A DNA stretch of 64,000 bases, taken from the IMG/VR virus record IMGVR_UViG_3300035135_002447. One strand, given 5' to 3'. The DNA comes from an uncultured virus (IMG/VR IMGVR_UViG_3300035135_002447) (lineage: Duplodnaviria; Heunggongvirae; Uroviricota; Caudoviricetes). The notes under the pieces were generated by a model, which saw only the letters and a program-made list of their open reading frames with translations, did not search any database and was not told the origin of the DNA. Shown here piece after piece: positions 36,684 through 47,600 of this stretch (its first letter is position 1; each line of letters starts with the position of its first letter). The position numbers and the translations under genes are program-made.

Positions 36684-39014
36684 ATGGCTTTTGTATCAAA
36701 TAGTAATAATATTTTTGTAGGAAATGCAACCGGAAGCGGAACAGTAAACAATTCTTTCGGTGCTACATCTTCTACAGGCACACAAAATTTAGCTACTAGT
36801 GTAAATTTCCTAATGAATCCAAGTCTTGCAGGAGCCGCAGCACTGTATGGAAAAGACATTCCGCCATTTAGAAATGAATTAAATCAGTTTGCTAGTTATT
36901 CACCTGTGTTTACACTAGGGTGTTTAACAAATATAGAATTAAACTTTCCTTTATCTTATAGAATATTAGGACCTGCTGTAAAAATTATCAGAAGCGGAGG
37001 CAGAGGCGGACCAACTATTCCTTCTATATACGACATTGGTGGAAAAACTGAATTTTTTATAGAAGACGTAGAAATAAAAAATCATGTTGCACCTAATCCT
37101 GGAACAAGGCATTCTAATGCAACATCTGTTAGATTTAAAGTTATAGAGCCTTACTCAATGGGGCAATTTTTTCATAATTTAAGAACTGCTTCTTTAGTGT
37201 GTGGTCATCCTAATTATATAGATGCACCTTTTTTACTTAGTGTGGCATTTATAGGTTATGATGATGACGGAGATGTTAAATCATCCTTTTTTAGTCAAAG
37301 GCATTTTCCAATTAGGATTATACAAGCAGACATGAGCGTAAGCGAAGCTGGCGCTGTTTATGACTGTGTTGGCGTACCGTATAACGAAATGGCTGCATCA
37401 AATAGAAGTGCAAGTGTAAAAAGAGATATACAAGCAAAAGGAAAAACAGTTGCCGAAGTTTTAGAAACAGGATTGCAGTCTGTTTCTGGAGAATATAATA
37501 AACATGCTATGGATGTAGAAAAAGCTCAACAAGGAAAACAAGACAAGATTGTAATAATGTTTCCTAACACAGGTGGACTCAGCGGAGTTACATCTTTTGT
37601 ATCTAACGTTTTTAATTCTGCTAAATCTGCACTAGGAGGATTGCAAGGACAATTTGAAAGTTTAATAGGTAGTCAGCCAAATGCAAATCCTAAAGGAGGC
37701 CCACAATATTTAGGTAAAAATGTTCAAGTAGTAACTACTGGTTCGATGATGGGAGATAGATTTAAAGCAGAAGCAAAAGGAAATCTTAATGAAATAGGAT
37801 TATCGCCAATAAACAGACCAGGCGGTGGTGCCAATGGAGGAGACACTGCATACACTACTCCTGGATTTGCAGAAAGTATAACTGATCCTGGAAATATAGA
37901 TCCAGGTAAAATGGCCAATGATCCAAATATATTCTCATTTAATTTTGCTGCAGGTACAAGTGTTTTAGATATTATTGAAGAAGTAATTCTAAGTAGTGAT
38001 TATGCACGTAAAATGATGAAAGATAGTCCTGACGCACAAGGTAGATTAAATTGGTTTAGAATTGAAACACAAACATATAATGACGGTGGATTATTAGGAG
38101 GATTGTTTAGTGGTAATTCTCCTAAAGTATATGTTTATAGGGTAGTAAAATATAGGGTAGACGAATCAACAGTTGCAAATCCAGGAGCAAGTTTATCTAG
38201 CACACTTATAAAACAAGCATTTGCAGCTAAAGCATATAGTTACATATACACTGGCCAAAATGATGATATTATTGATTTTGACCTAAAATTTGATATGGCC
38301 TTTTTTACAGGAATTCCAGCAGCAAGGTCACAGCAAAACCTACTAAAAAAATTAGGAGGACAACTAGCAGGATTCCAAACCGATAAAGATGAAACACCTT
38401 CGGGTGGTAGCGGATCAGGAGACACAGGCGGATCTTCCGCTCCAACAAAGGATGACGCATCTGATATAGATACTGTCAACGGTGGAGGCGGTCCAGAAAC
38501 AGCTGGCAATAATGCCGCAAGATATTTTAACAACATGATTATTAATACTGGTAATGATATGTTAAAGGTAGATTTAAAAATACACGGTGATCCTTACTTC
38601 TTATGCGATTCAGGTTTAGGAAATTACGTTGGATTACCCAGCTTAGGATTCTTTCCTATAAATTTAGATGGAACTATGAATCCTATAGACGGAGAAGTTC
38701 ATATTGTATTAAATTTTAGAACACCCGTTGACTATGACGAAGATGATGGTTATGTAAAGTATCCTTTAGGAGGATTTTTACCTATTGCAATGTTTAGTGG
38801 AGTATATCAAGTTATTACAGTAGAAAATAATTTTGATAAAGGACAGTTTAGTCAAACTTTATCTCTTGTAAGGAAACGTAATCAAGACCTCAGTTTAGAA
38901 TCAGTAGCCGGTAAGGTTATAAGTTTCTTAACCGGCGGCGGCAAAAAAGCATTGAATTCAGGAAATATGATGAATGAAATTCAAGGCGGAACAACCGATC
39001 AACAAGGATTTTAA
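36684..39014 (+). CDS. Baseplate hub protein (gp27/late-control-D-like)
   Basis: Lies between gp53 and the spike; LKIHGDPYFL and FSGVYQVITVENNFDKGQFSQTL motifs. Confidence 0.7.
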   Translation: MAFVSNSNNIFVGNATGSGTVNNSFGATSSTGTQNLATSVNFLMNPSLAGAAALYGKDIPPFRNELNQFASYSPVFTLGCLTNIELNFPLSYRILGPAVKIIRSGGRGGPTIPSIYDIGGKTEFFIEDVEIKNHVAPNPGTRHSNATSVRFKVIEPYSMGQFFHNLRTASLVCGHPNYIDAPFLLSVAFIGYDDDGDVKSSFFSQRHFPIRIIQADMSVSEAGAVYDCVGVPYNEMAASNRSASVKRDIQAKGKTVAEVLETGLQSVSGEYNKHAMDVEKAQQGKQDKIVIMFPNTGGLSGVTSFVSNVFNSAKSALGGLQGQFESLIGSQPNANPKGGPQYLGKNVQVVTTGSMMGDRFKAEAKGNLNEIGLSPINRPGGGANGGDTAYTTPGFAESITDPGNIDPGKMANDPNIFSFNFAAGTSVLDIIEEVILSSDYARKMMKDSPDAQGRLNWFRIETQTYNDGGLLGGLFSGNSPKVYVYRVVKYRVDESTVANPGASLSSTLIKQAFAAKAYSYIYTGQNDDIIDFDLKFDMAFFTGIPAARSQQNLLKKLGGQLAGFQTDKDETPSGGSGSGDTGGSSAPTKDDASDIDTVNGGGGPETAGNNAARYFNNMIINTGNDMLKVDLKIHGDPYFLCDSGLGNYVGLPSLGFFPINLDGTMNPIDGEVHIVLNFRTPVDYDEDDGYVKYPLGGFLPIAMFSGVYQVITVENNFDKGQFSQTLSLVRKRNQDLSLESVAGKVISFLTGGGKKALNSGNMMNEIQGGTTDQQGF

Positions 39015-39017
39015 TTA

Positions 39018-40604
39018 ATGGCAACAGAAAAAAGAACCCCTAGACAACATAAAGTTAATCCTGGTATATATTTGGGTAAAGTAATAAGCCATTTAGATAC
39101 ACAATTTATGGGCGGATTGGAAGTAGAACTTCTAAAACGCAAAGGTGCAGCAAACACTAGCGGCACAGTTATTCAATGTAGATATGCTAGTCCTTTTTAC
39201 GGACAATTAAGTTATGAAGGCATGCAAAAAAGTAATAGCTTTTCATCTACACAGCAGTCTTATGGTTTTTGGGCAGTACCTCCTGATGCAGGCACTCTTG
39301 TTATCGTAGTAATGCCAGAAGGTGATTATTCACAAGCCTTTTGGATAGGATGTGTTCCTGATACTGGCATGAATTTTATGACACCAGGACATGCATCAAC
39401 AGAGTTAAACACAGAAGGTAAATTATTACCTACAGGAGAGTATAACAAAAAGTTAGAGTCAGCACAAACTGATTTTACAAAAATAAAAAAACCTGTAGAT
39501 CAAAACAGAAAAACTGTATTAGAACAAAGCGGTCTAGAAACAGATTGGGTAAGAGGGACTAATACATCAAGTGCTAGGAGAGATATGCCTAGTATGGTAT
39601 TTGGAATGAGTACCCCTGGACCATTATCGGATACAGGTCCTTCAGCAAAATATGGAAGATTTGGAATAGAAATAGATCGTAAGTATAGTAGACTAGGCGG
39701 ATCAACTTTTGTAATGGACGACGGTGATCCTACTTTGCTTAGAAAAAAGAAAGCCAAAGATGATAAACCAGAATATGCTAATCCTGTAAAAGGTGATAGA
39801 AGTGGCGATAGAAAAATTCCTGCTAATGAATTGATTCGCCTGCAAACTAGAACAGGCCATCAAATACTATTACACAATTCTGAAGATTTAATTTATATTT
39901 CACACGGAAGTGGTGATAGTTGGATTGAGTTATCTGCAAATGGAAAGATTGATATCTATGCAAAAGATAGCGTAAGTATACATTCTGAGAATGATCTTAA
40001 TATCTTAGCAGAAAGAGACATAAATCTAGAGTCTGGTAGAAATATTAATATAACTTCAAAAGAAAATACTAGTTGGGAAATAGGAAAAAATCATGTAGTT
40101 AGAGTTGGTGAAAATGGTGTGTTAGACATAGGCGGTAAACAAGATACAAAAATAGCTAACAACTATAATGTTGTTGTAGAGAATAGACACGATATGTTTG
40201 TAAAAAATAAAATAGCAATAGAAACTGAAAACTTTTTTGATTTGACGTCTAAGAGAACACGTTTAAAACCAGAAACATCATTTGATGTAAAAACTGACAC
40301 TACAAATATCGAAAGCAAACTTATTAATTATATTGGTAATGATAAAATTAATTTAAACTCAGGAGGATCTGCAGCACAGGCAGAGCAACCAGAAGAGCAA
40401 AAAGAAAACGAAGAGTGGGCATTAGTTCCTGTGCGTATTCCAACTAAAGAACCTTGGTCTGATCACGAAAATTTTAATCCTAAGGAATACGAAAAAGACA
40501 AAACAGAAGCAATTAAACCCGACGAAAGAATAGGTTACTATAAAAATGGTACTATGGAAGAAGCAGAAATACTTCCTATTATACCTGATACATTTAAAAG
40601 GTGA
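39018..40604 (+). CDS. Baseplate central spike (gp5/VgrG-like OB fold plus beta-helix), no lysozyme domain seen
   Basis: YGFWAVPPD...FWIGCV, RLQTRTGHQILLH, SWIELSANGKIDI, then beta-helix repeats. Confidence 0.8.
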   Translation: MATEKRTPRQHKVNPGIYLGKVISHLDTQFMGGLEVELLKRKGAANTSGTVIQCRYASPFYGQLSYEGMQKSNSFSSTQQSYGFWAVPPDAGTLVIVVMPEGDYSQAFWIGCVPDTGMNFMTPGHASTELNTEGKLLPTGEYNKKLESAQTDFTKIKKPVDQNRKTVLEQSGLETDWVRGTNTSSARRDMPSMVFGMSTPGPLSDTGPSAKYGRFGIEIDRKYSRLGGSTFVMDDGDPTLLRKKKAKDDKPEYANPVKGDRSGDRKIPANELIRLQTRTGHQILLHNSEDLIYISHGSGDSWIELSANGKIDIYAKDSVSIHSENDLNILAERDINLESGRNINITSKENTSWEIGKNHVVRVGENGVLDIGGKQDTKIANNYNVVVENRHDMFVKNKIAIETENFFDLTSKRTRLKPETSFDVKTDTTNIESKLINYIGNDKINLNSGGSAAQAEQPEEQKENEEWALVPVRIPTKEPWSDHENFNPKEYEKDKTEAIKPDERIGYYKNGTMEEAEILPIIPDTFKR

Positions 40605-40610
40605 TAGATT

Positions 40611-41063
40611 ATGAGTACATTAGAAAAAAGTTTATATCAACAAGTAAAAGTTAATAGTAAAAACGCATATGACAGGGTAAAAATCGAAAGTCCTACGTAT
40701 AAAGGATTCAGCACTGTAGCTAGTGTTGATAACAAGCATGTGCTTTATGACATTGCACTTATTAAACAAGACATTATTAATCATTTTCACATAAAGCAAG
40801 GAGAAAAATTAAGTGATCCTAACTTTGGGACAATTATATGGGATATATTATTTGAACCTTTGACAGAGCAAAACAGGTCAGCTATTATAGACAATGTTAC
40901 AGAAATTATAAATTATGATCCTAGGGTAAGTGTTAATCAAATTATAGTTGACGATTATGAGCAAGGAATTTTAATTAGTTGTGAACTTATGTACTTACCG
41001 TATTCTGTTGTAGAGAGACTTCAATTACGCTTTGATGAGAATGCAGGATTTTTAGCAGAATAA
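40611..41063 (+). CDS. gp25: Baseplate wedge subunit
   Basis: YKGFST, IKQDIINHF, GEKLSDPNFGTIIWDILFEP and YDPRV motifs. Confidence 0.88.
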   Translation: MSTLEKSLYQQVKVNSKNAYDRVKIESPTYKGFSTVASVDNKHVLYDIALIKQDIINHFHIKQGEKLSDPNFGTIIWDILFEPLTEQNRSAIIDNVTEIINYDPRVSVNQIIVDDYEQGILISCELMYLPYSVVERLQLRFDENAGFLAE

Positions 41064-41086
41064 TATACGCACATTATATAAACTGC

Positions 41087-41092
41087 TAAATA
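41087..41092 (+). promoter_or_regulatory. Late promoter box (TAAATA)
   Basis: gcTAAATAtt upstream of the gp6 SD. Confidence 0.65.
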
Positions 41093-41115
41093 TTATTACA
41101 ATTAAGGAATGAAAA

Positions 41116-44100
41116 ATGTCGTCAACAGATAGACAAAATAGATTGCTGCTTACTGAAGATTGGAAGAAAGTTTATCAGTCTTTTCGTAATGCAGATTTCA
41201 AAAGTTATGATTTTGATAATTTGCGTAGGACAATGATACAATACCTACGTGAAAATTACCCAGAAGATTTTAATGATTATGTAGAGTCAAGTGAATATCT
41301 TGCTTTGGTTGATTTAATTGCTTTTTTAGGTCAAAATATTTCATTCCGTATAGACCTAAATGCAAGAGAAAATTATTTAGAACTTGCAGAGCGTAGAGAA
41401 AGTGTTCTTAGATTAGCTAGACTTTTATCATACAACCCTAAAAGAAATCAAAGCTCAGAAGGAATGTTAAAACTTGATAGTATTAGAACTTCTGAGGATA
41501 TTACAGATTCAAACGGAACTAGTTTGCAAGGACAAACTATACTTTGGAATGATAGCACTAACGAAAATTGGTATGAACAATTTATAAAAATTTTAAATAC
41601 TGCCCTTCCTGTAAATGGAACTTTTGGAAGGCCCATTAAAAAATCAGTCGTGCAAAATGTATCAACTGAAAAGTATAGATTCAACAGTATAAGCACAGAT
41701 GTTCCTGTATTTGGTTTTGATAAAATTATTGACGGCCAGTCATTAAGTTATGAAATAGTTTCAGCTGATATTGAAAATAACGATGTTATAGAAGAAACAC
41801 CGTTGCCTGGTAACAAGTTTAGTATTCTTTATAGAGACGATGGAAAAGGGATATCAAGCACAAACAGCGGATTCTTTGCTATGTTCAAACAAGGAACTTT
41901 AGATCAAGGCGTTTTTACAATAGAAAATCCAAGTACCAATCAATCAGTAGCAATTGAAACACCAAATATTAATAATAATGATTTATGGTTATACAAATTA
42001 GATTCAAATGGAAATGAAGAAGAGCTTTGGACTAAAGTTGAAGCACTTGAAGGTAACAATGTAATTTATAATAACCTTAGCAAAGATATTAGAAATATTT
42101 ACAGTGTTTTGACAAGAGTAGACGACAGAGTAAGTTTAATTTTTAGTGATGGAGTTTTTGGTAATCTGCCTAAAGGACAGTTTAGAGTGTTTTATAGAGT
42201 AGGTGCTAACAGTAAAGTTAGAATTACTCCTGCAGATTTTAGAAGGATCAATATAACACTTCCGTATATTAGTAAAACAGGTAAAGCAGAAACTATAGAA
42301 TTAAGTTTTAGCTTGAAGAGCATTGTAGATAATGCTTCTGTGTCTGAAACAACTGAATCTATAAAAAACAATGCACCTGCAACATACTATACCCAAAATA
42401 GAATGGTTACAGGAGAAGACTACCAAGTTGCTCCGTTAAGTATAAATCAAGAAATTATAAAAGTAAAGTCTGTTAATAGAACATCAAGCGGTATAAGTCG
42501 CTATTTTGACCTTATAGACGCTACCGGAAAATATAGCACTACTAATTTATACGGCAACGATGGTGTTGTGTATAAAGAATTTAATGATTTAAAGCAAACA
42601 TTTTCTTTTGCTACAAAAACTGACATAGAAGGTGTAGTAGAAAACACAATTACGCCAATTCTTAACGACACGAAAGTGAGAAATTTTTATTTAGATAGAG
42701 TTCCAAGAATACTTACTGAAGATCTTGGAATAACCTGGACACAAACAACAAAAGAAACAAATCTAAGTAGTGGTAGTTTTTTAAGTGGCGGTGTCCCTGT
42801 ATTTTTAGGAAGATTTACAGCATCAATTTTAAGTATTTTAAAACCTGGTACACTTATAAAATTTACTGCACCGTCAGGACAACATTTTATGCCTGATGGA
42901 ACATTAATGCAAGGCGGCGCAACTCATTTTGGTGCTTCCTCTTATAAGTGGTGTAAGGTAACAAGTGTTGAAGGGAAAGGTACTGAGCTTAGAGAAAATG
43001 GTCTAGGTGCTGTAGTGTTAAATGACATTATTCCAACAGGCGCTGTACTTGCAGAAATAAAACCGTCTCTTGCAAATAGTTTAACTGAAAGTGTTAAACA
43101 AGAGGTAATTGATCAAATTTTTGCTCAAAAAGTTTTTGGTTTAAGATTTGATCAAAATGACACAGAGTGGAAGTTGGTAACACAAAATAATTTAAATTTT
43201 GCAGATGAATTTTCAACAGGTAAAACAGGCGATACAACTAACCAACAACTTGATGCAAGTTGGTTATTATTATTCCAAACTAATACAGAAACATATACAA
43301 TAACATTTAGAAGTATGCGTTATATTTTTGAAAGTGAAAATGAAATAAGATTTTACTATGACGAAAACAGTAAAATATTTGATAACACAGCAGGTAAAGT
43401 TATTAAGGACAAAGTATCAGTTCTAAATATCAATCCTAAACCTGATACTCCAGAAGCATTTACACAAGATTTTGATTGGGAAATTACAGATGCATATAGA
43501 GATGCAGAAGGTTATATTGATAGTAAAAAAGTTGAGGTGAGTTATTTTGATTCAGACGAAGATGGTGTTGTAGATGATGTTGATATTTTTGAGCAAATCG
43601 TTGCACCTTTAACAAATAGTTCACAAAAATGGATTATATTTAAAAAAGTAGTTTCTAATGACGGTGTAGAAGATTATAACTATTTTCCTAATAACAATAA
43701 AGAAGTAATTATATTGTCAACTAAAGCTGATGTAAGACCTTTTAGTGAGTATAATGACGGACAAATTTTTTATTATATTGATACCGATATATTTGAAGTA
43801 TTAGACCAAGCATCATTACGTTTAAATATTTCGTCAGATTACAAAGCAAGACAAGGTAGAGATAAATTAAAATTCCATTACATACATGCAGTAAACAGTG
43901 ATGTGAGAATTGATCCTAGTGCAAGTAATATCATAGACATGTACTTGTTAACAAGAACATACGATACTAATTTTAGATTATGGATGAACGGTCAACTTTC
44001 TACAAAACCGTTACCACCTAGTTCAGATGCATTATCTATTGCATATAACCCGTCATTAATGAAAATTAAATCACTTACAGATGAAATTATATATCATCCT

Positions 44101-44676
44101 GTAAAATATAAGATATTATTTGGTAATAAAGCAGAAGAAGATCTAAGAGCAGTGTTTAAAATTGTTAAAAATACAGATAAAGTTTTAAATGATAATGAAA
44201 TAAAATCAAAAGTTGTAGATGCTATAAATCAATTTTTTGCATTAGACAACTGGGACTTTGGCGATAAATTTTATTTTAGTGAATTGGCAAATTATGTAAT
44301 GTACGAACTTTCGCCAGATATTAATACTTTTATAATTGTTCCTACTCAAGTTTCTCAAGTATTTGGTTCGCTATACGAGATAAAATCAGAAACAAATGAA
44401 ATTTTTATAAGTGGAGCAACAGTGGACAATATTGAAATTATTGATTCTGTAACTGCAAGTAAATTAAGAGCCGCAGGAGAAGTTGTAACACAAAGTATTA
44501 CATCATCTAATGTAGGTGTACAAAGTTCATCTTTAAATGATACTGCAACAAATGTTACAACATCAACAAGTTCTACGACAAGTTCTACAACTTCGTCATC
44601 CGGCACTACAAGTTCTAGTAGCGGTAGTAGCGGTAGTAGCGGTAGTAATTCTAACAGCGGAGGATATAGTTACTAA
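41116..44676 (+). CDS. gp6: Baseplate wedge subunit
   Basis: DFKSYDFDNLR, ENYLELAERRESVLRLARLLSYNP, FSDGVFGNLP and QNRMVTGEDY motifs. Confidence 0.88.
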   Translation: MSSTDRQNRLLLTEDWKKVYQSFRNADFKSYDFDNLRRTMIQYLRENYPEDFNDYVESSEYLALVDLIAFLGQNISFRIDLNARENYLELAERRESVLRLARLLSYNPKRNQSSEGMLKLDSIRTSEDITDSNGTSLQGQTILWNDSTNENWYEQFIKILNTALPVNGTFGRPIKKSVVQNVSTEKYRFNSISTDVPVFGFDKIIDGQSLSYEIVSADIENNDVIEETPLPGNKFSILYRDDGKGISSTNSGFFAMFKQGTLDQGVFTIENPSTNQSVAIETPNINNNDLWLYKLDSNGNEEELWTKVEALEGNNVIYNNLSKDIRNIYSVLTRVDDRVSLIFSDGVFGNLPKGQFRVFYRVGANSKVRITPADFRRINITLPYISKTGKAETIELSFSLKSIVDNASVSETTESIKNNAPATYYTQNRMVTGEDYQVAPLSINQEIIKVKSVNRTSSGISRYFDLIDATGKYSTTNLYGNDGVVYKEFNDLKQTFSFATKTDIEGVVENTITPILNDTKVRNFYLDRVPRILTEDLGITWTQTTKETNLSSGSFLSGGVPVFLGRFTASILSILKPGTLIKFTAPSGQHFMPDGTLMQGGATHFGASSYKWCKVTSVEGKGTELRENGLGAVVLNDIIPTGAVLAEIKPSLANSLTESVKQEVIDQIFAQKVFGLRFDQNDTEWKLVTQNNLNFADEFSTGKTGDTTNQQLDASWLLLFQTNTETYTITFRSMRYIFESENEIRFYYDENSKIFDNTAGKVIKDKVSVLNINPKPDTPEAFTQDFDWEITDAYRDAEGYIDSKKVEVSYFDSDEDGVVDDVDIFEQIVAPLTNSSQKWIIFKKVVSNDGVEDYNYFPNNNKEVIILSTKADVRPFSEYNDGQIFYYIDTDIFEVLDQASLRLNISSDYKARQGRDKLKFHYIHAVNSDVRIDPSASNIIDMYLLTRTYDTNFRLWMNGQLSTKPLPPSSDALSIAYNPSLMKIKSLTDEIIYHPVKYKILFGNKAEEDLRAVFKIVKNTDKVLNDNEIKSKVVDAINQFFALDNWDFGDKFYFSELANYVMYELSPDINTFIIVPTQVSQVFGSLYEIKSETNEIFISGATVDNIEIIDSVTASKLRAAGEVVTQSITSSNVGVQSSSLNDTATNVTTSTSSTTSSTTSSSGTTSSSSGSSGSSGSNSNSGGYSY

Positions 44677-47600
44677 TGGCTGATCAAAACGAATTTCCAT
44701 TAGATGGAGAAACTCCAGAAAGCCGTAAGAGTGCAAGACACTTACCTAAGTATTTTAGGACTGAGAAGAATAAAAAATTCTTACAAGCCACTCTTGACCA
44801 AATGTTACAACCTGGTGTTACTGAAAAAATTAACAGTTTTGTAGGAAGAAAAACTGCAAAAGCATATGATAGCACAACGGACAATTATCTCAGAGATGTT
44901 AGCGTAGATAGAGAAACATATCAATTAGAACCAGTAAGTTATATAAAAGATAATCTAGATAATATTTTATATTATACTGATTATAGAGATTATTATAATC
45001 AAATAAAAAACCTAGGAGGTGTAAATTCTAATCATAGTGTTAATTCTCAACAAGAATTTTATTCCTGGGATCCGCATGTAGATTGGGATAAGTTAACAAA
45101 CTTTAGAGAATACTATTGGCTACCTAATGGTCCAGAAACAGTTGTTATTCCTGGCGATCAAAAAGAAATAACAAGTACTTTTTCATTAGACTTACAAGAA
45201 GCCGCAGGTGATTTTTCTTATGTGTTTACACCTGATGGATTAACTCCAAACCCTGTCCTTAAATTATATAGGGGCGTAAAGTATAGAATAGATGTAAATG
45301 CAGATGGACTTCCTATTACTTTTAGAACTGCAAGAGATTTAGACCCTGCATTTTTAATAGAAGAAATAACTACCGGAATTGAACAAGGTGTTTTAGAATT
45401 TACACTTGCTCCAGACATCCCAGACGAAATTTTCTATGTAGCTAGTAACAACATTAATGTTGGTGGAATAATAAAAGTAGCTAACCAGGAAGAATCAACC
45501 TTTATAGATGTAGAAGCAGAAATAATAGGAAAGAAGTTTTATACTACTAGGGATAATTGGAGTCTTACAAACGGATTAAAAGTTAGATTTAGCGGAGATG
45601 TTCAGCCTGCAAAATATCAAAATAGTGAATGGTATGTAGAAGGAGTAGGAAAAAGGATACAACTTGTTTCTGAATCAGATGTTGAAATATCGTTTCCTGT
45701 TGGTATTGATAAAACAATGTCATTTGACGAAGGCGGATTCGACAGAAATCCTTTTGGGTCAGCTACAGGATTTCCTGAAGACAAAGACTACATAACCATA
45801 AACAGGGCTAGTTCTGATGGTAACTTTTGGAGCAGATACAACAGATGGTTCCACAAGGATGTTATAGAATTATCTTCACAAATTAACGGTACAGTTTTAG
45901 AAATAGACCAAACGGGTCGTGCCAATAGACCTATCATAGAATTTGATTCTGGATTAAAATTATACAACTTTGGCACAAAAAATAAAAGAGTAGTAGATTT
46001 AATAGATGACTTTACTGAAGATGCATTTAGTACTATTGAAGGTAGTCTAGGATACAATGTTGACGGAGTACAACTACAATCTGGACAACGGGTATTGTTT
46101 TTAAATGATAAAGATCCTTTAGTAAAAGGTAAAATATTTGAAGTAGATTTTATTAATTTTAAAGGTTCAGGAACTACAGGTCAAATCACCCTAAAAGAAA
46201 CAGCAGATAGTAATCCTATAGTAGGAGAGAACGTTCTTGTTGTAAACGGTGATACCCAAGGTGGTAAGTTATATTATTACAATGGTACAGAGTGGGTAAT
46301 AGCACAAACAAAAAGTTCAGTAAACCAAGCTCCTGTTTTTGATGTATTTGATGAAAACGGTAATAGTTATTCTGATCCTGCAATTTATCCCGCTAATAAT
46401 TTTAGGGGAACAAAGATATTTTCTTTTGCTGTAGGTACAGGTTCTAATGATTCAGTTTTAGGATTTCCGTTAAAATATAAAAGTATAGAAAATGTAGGAG
46501 ACATTGTTTTTGATTTTAACTTTACCAAGGACGAAATACATTACCAGATAGATGATATAGAATATGCAAAATCAGTAAATTCTGGATTTTTGCGACAGTA
46601 TGAAAATCTTGGAAATCAATATCAAGATCTTGGAGTTTACATAAAAGCAAATGATTTAAGTAAACAGTATGTAATTCTTCAATATACAAATGATAACACT
46701 ATTACAAAGTTTCCTATAGACTGTTATTCGCAGTCTGGTAGACTTAACAATATAGAAGTAAAAGTTTTTGTTAATAATGTTTTAAAGTATGAAAATGTTG
46801 ACTATACATTTTCTACAAACGGTTCTAATATAAAAGAAGTGGAGTTTACTTACACTCTTCCTGAAAATGCTAATATAGTGCTAAAAACATATTGTAACGA
46901 GCCAAAGATAGACGGCAAAGGCTATTATGAAGTTCCTCATAATTTAGAAAGAAATCCTCTTAACAACAATATTGAATCATTTACTTTAGGCGAGGTTACT
47001 GATCATGTTGCAAGTATTATAGAAAATACAAGCGATTTTACAGGAATTTTTCCTGGGCCTAGCAATATGCGTGACATTGATCAATTAAGTAAAAATGGTA
47101 CAAAGTTTGTAATGCATTCTATGCCGTTAAATCTTCCTATGTATAGTTTAGTAGACAAGGAAACAAGTTTACCTAATAGTATTAGATATTCTAAAAGAGA
47201 ATACAGTAAATTTAAGAGACAATTTATTGAAACAATTGATACATTAGGATTTGAAGGTCCTGTAAAACAACACGTAGACGAAATACTAAAATCAATCAAT
47301 AAAGACAAAAATAAATCAATGCCGTTTTACTTTAGTGATATGATTCCGTATGGTGCATCATTTACTACTAACATTACAATAGAAGACCAAGACGCAGAAT
47401 TTTATTCTTTAAATACACCATTCCAACTTAATAATTTGTCTTCACGTGCTGTTACCATATATCTAAACGGTGTACAGTTGACACATGAAAAAGATTATAT
47501 TTTTAATGACGAAGGTTATGTAAAAATTACTGCAAATAAACAATTTGGAGATGTGTTGCAAATTAATGAATATGAATCAACTAATGGTTCTTATATACCT

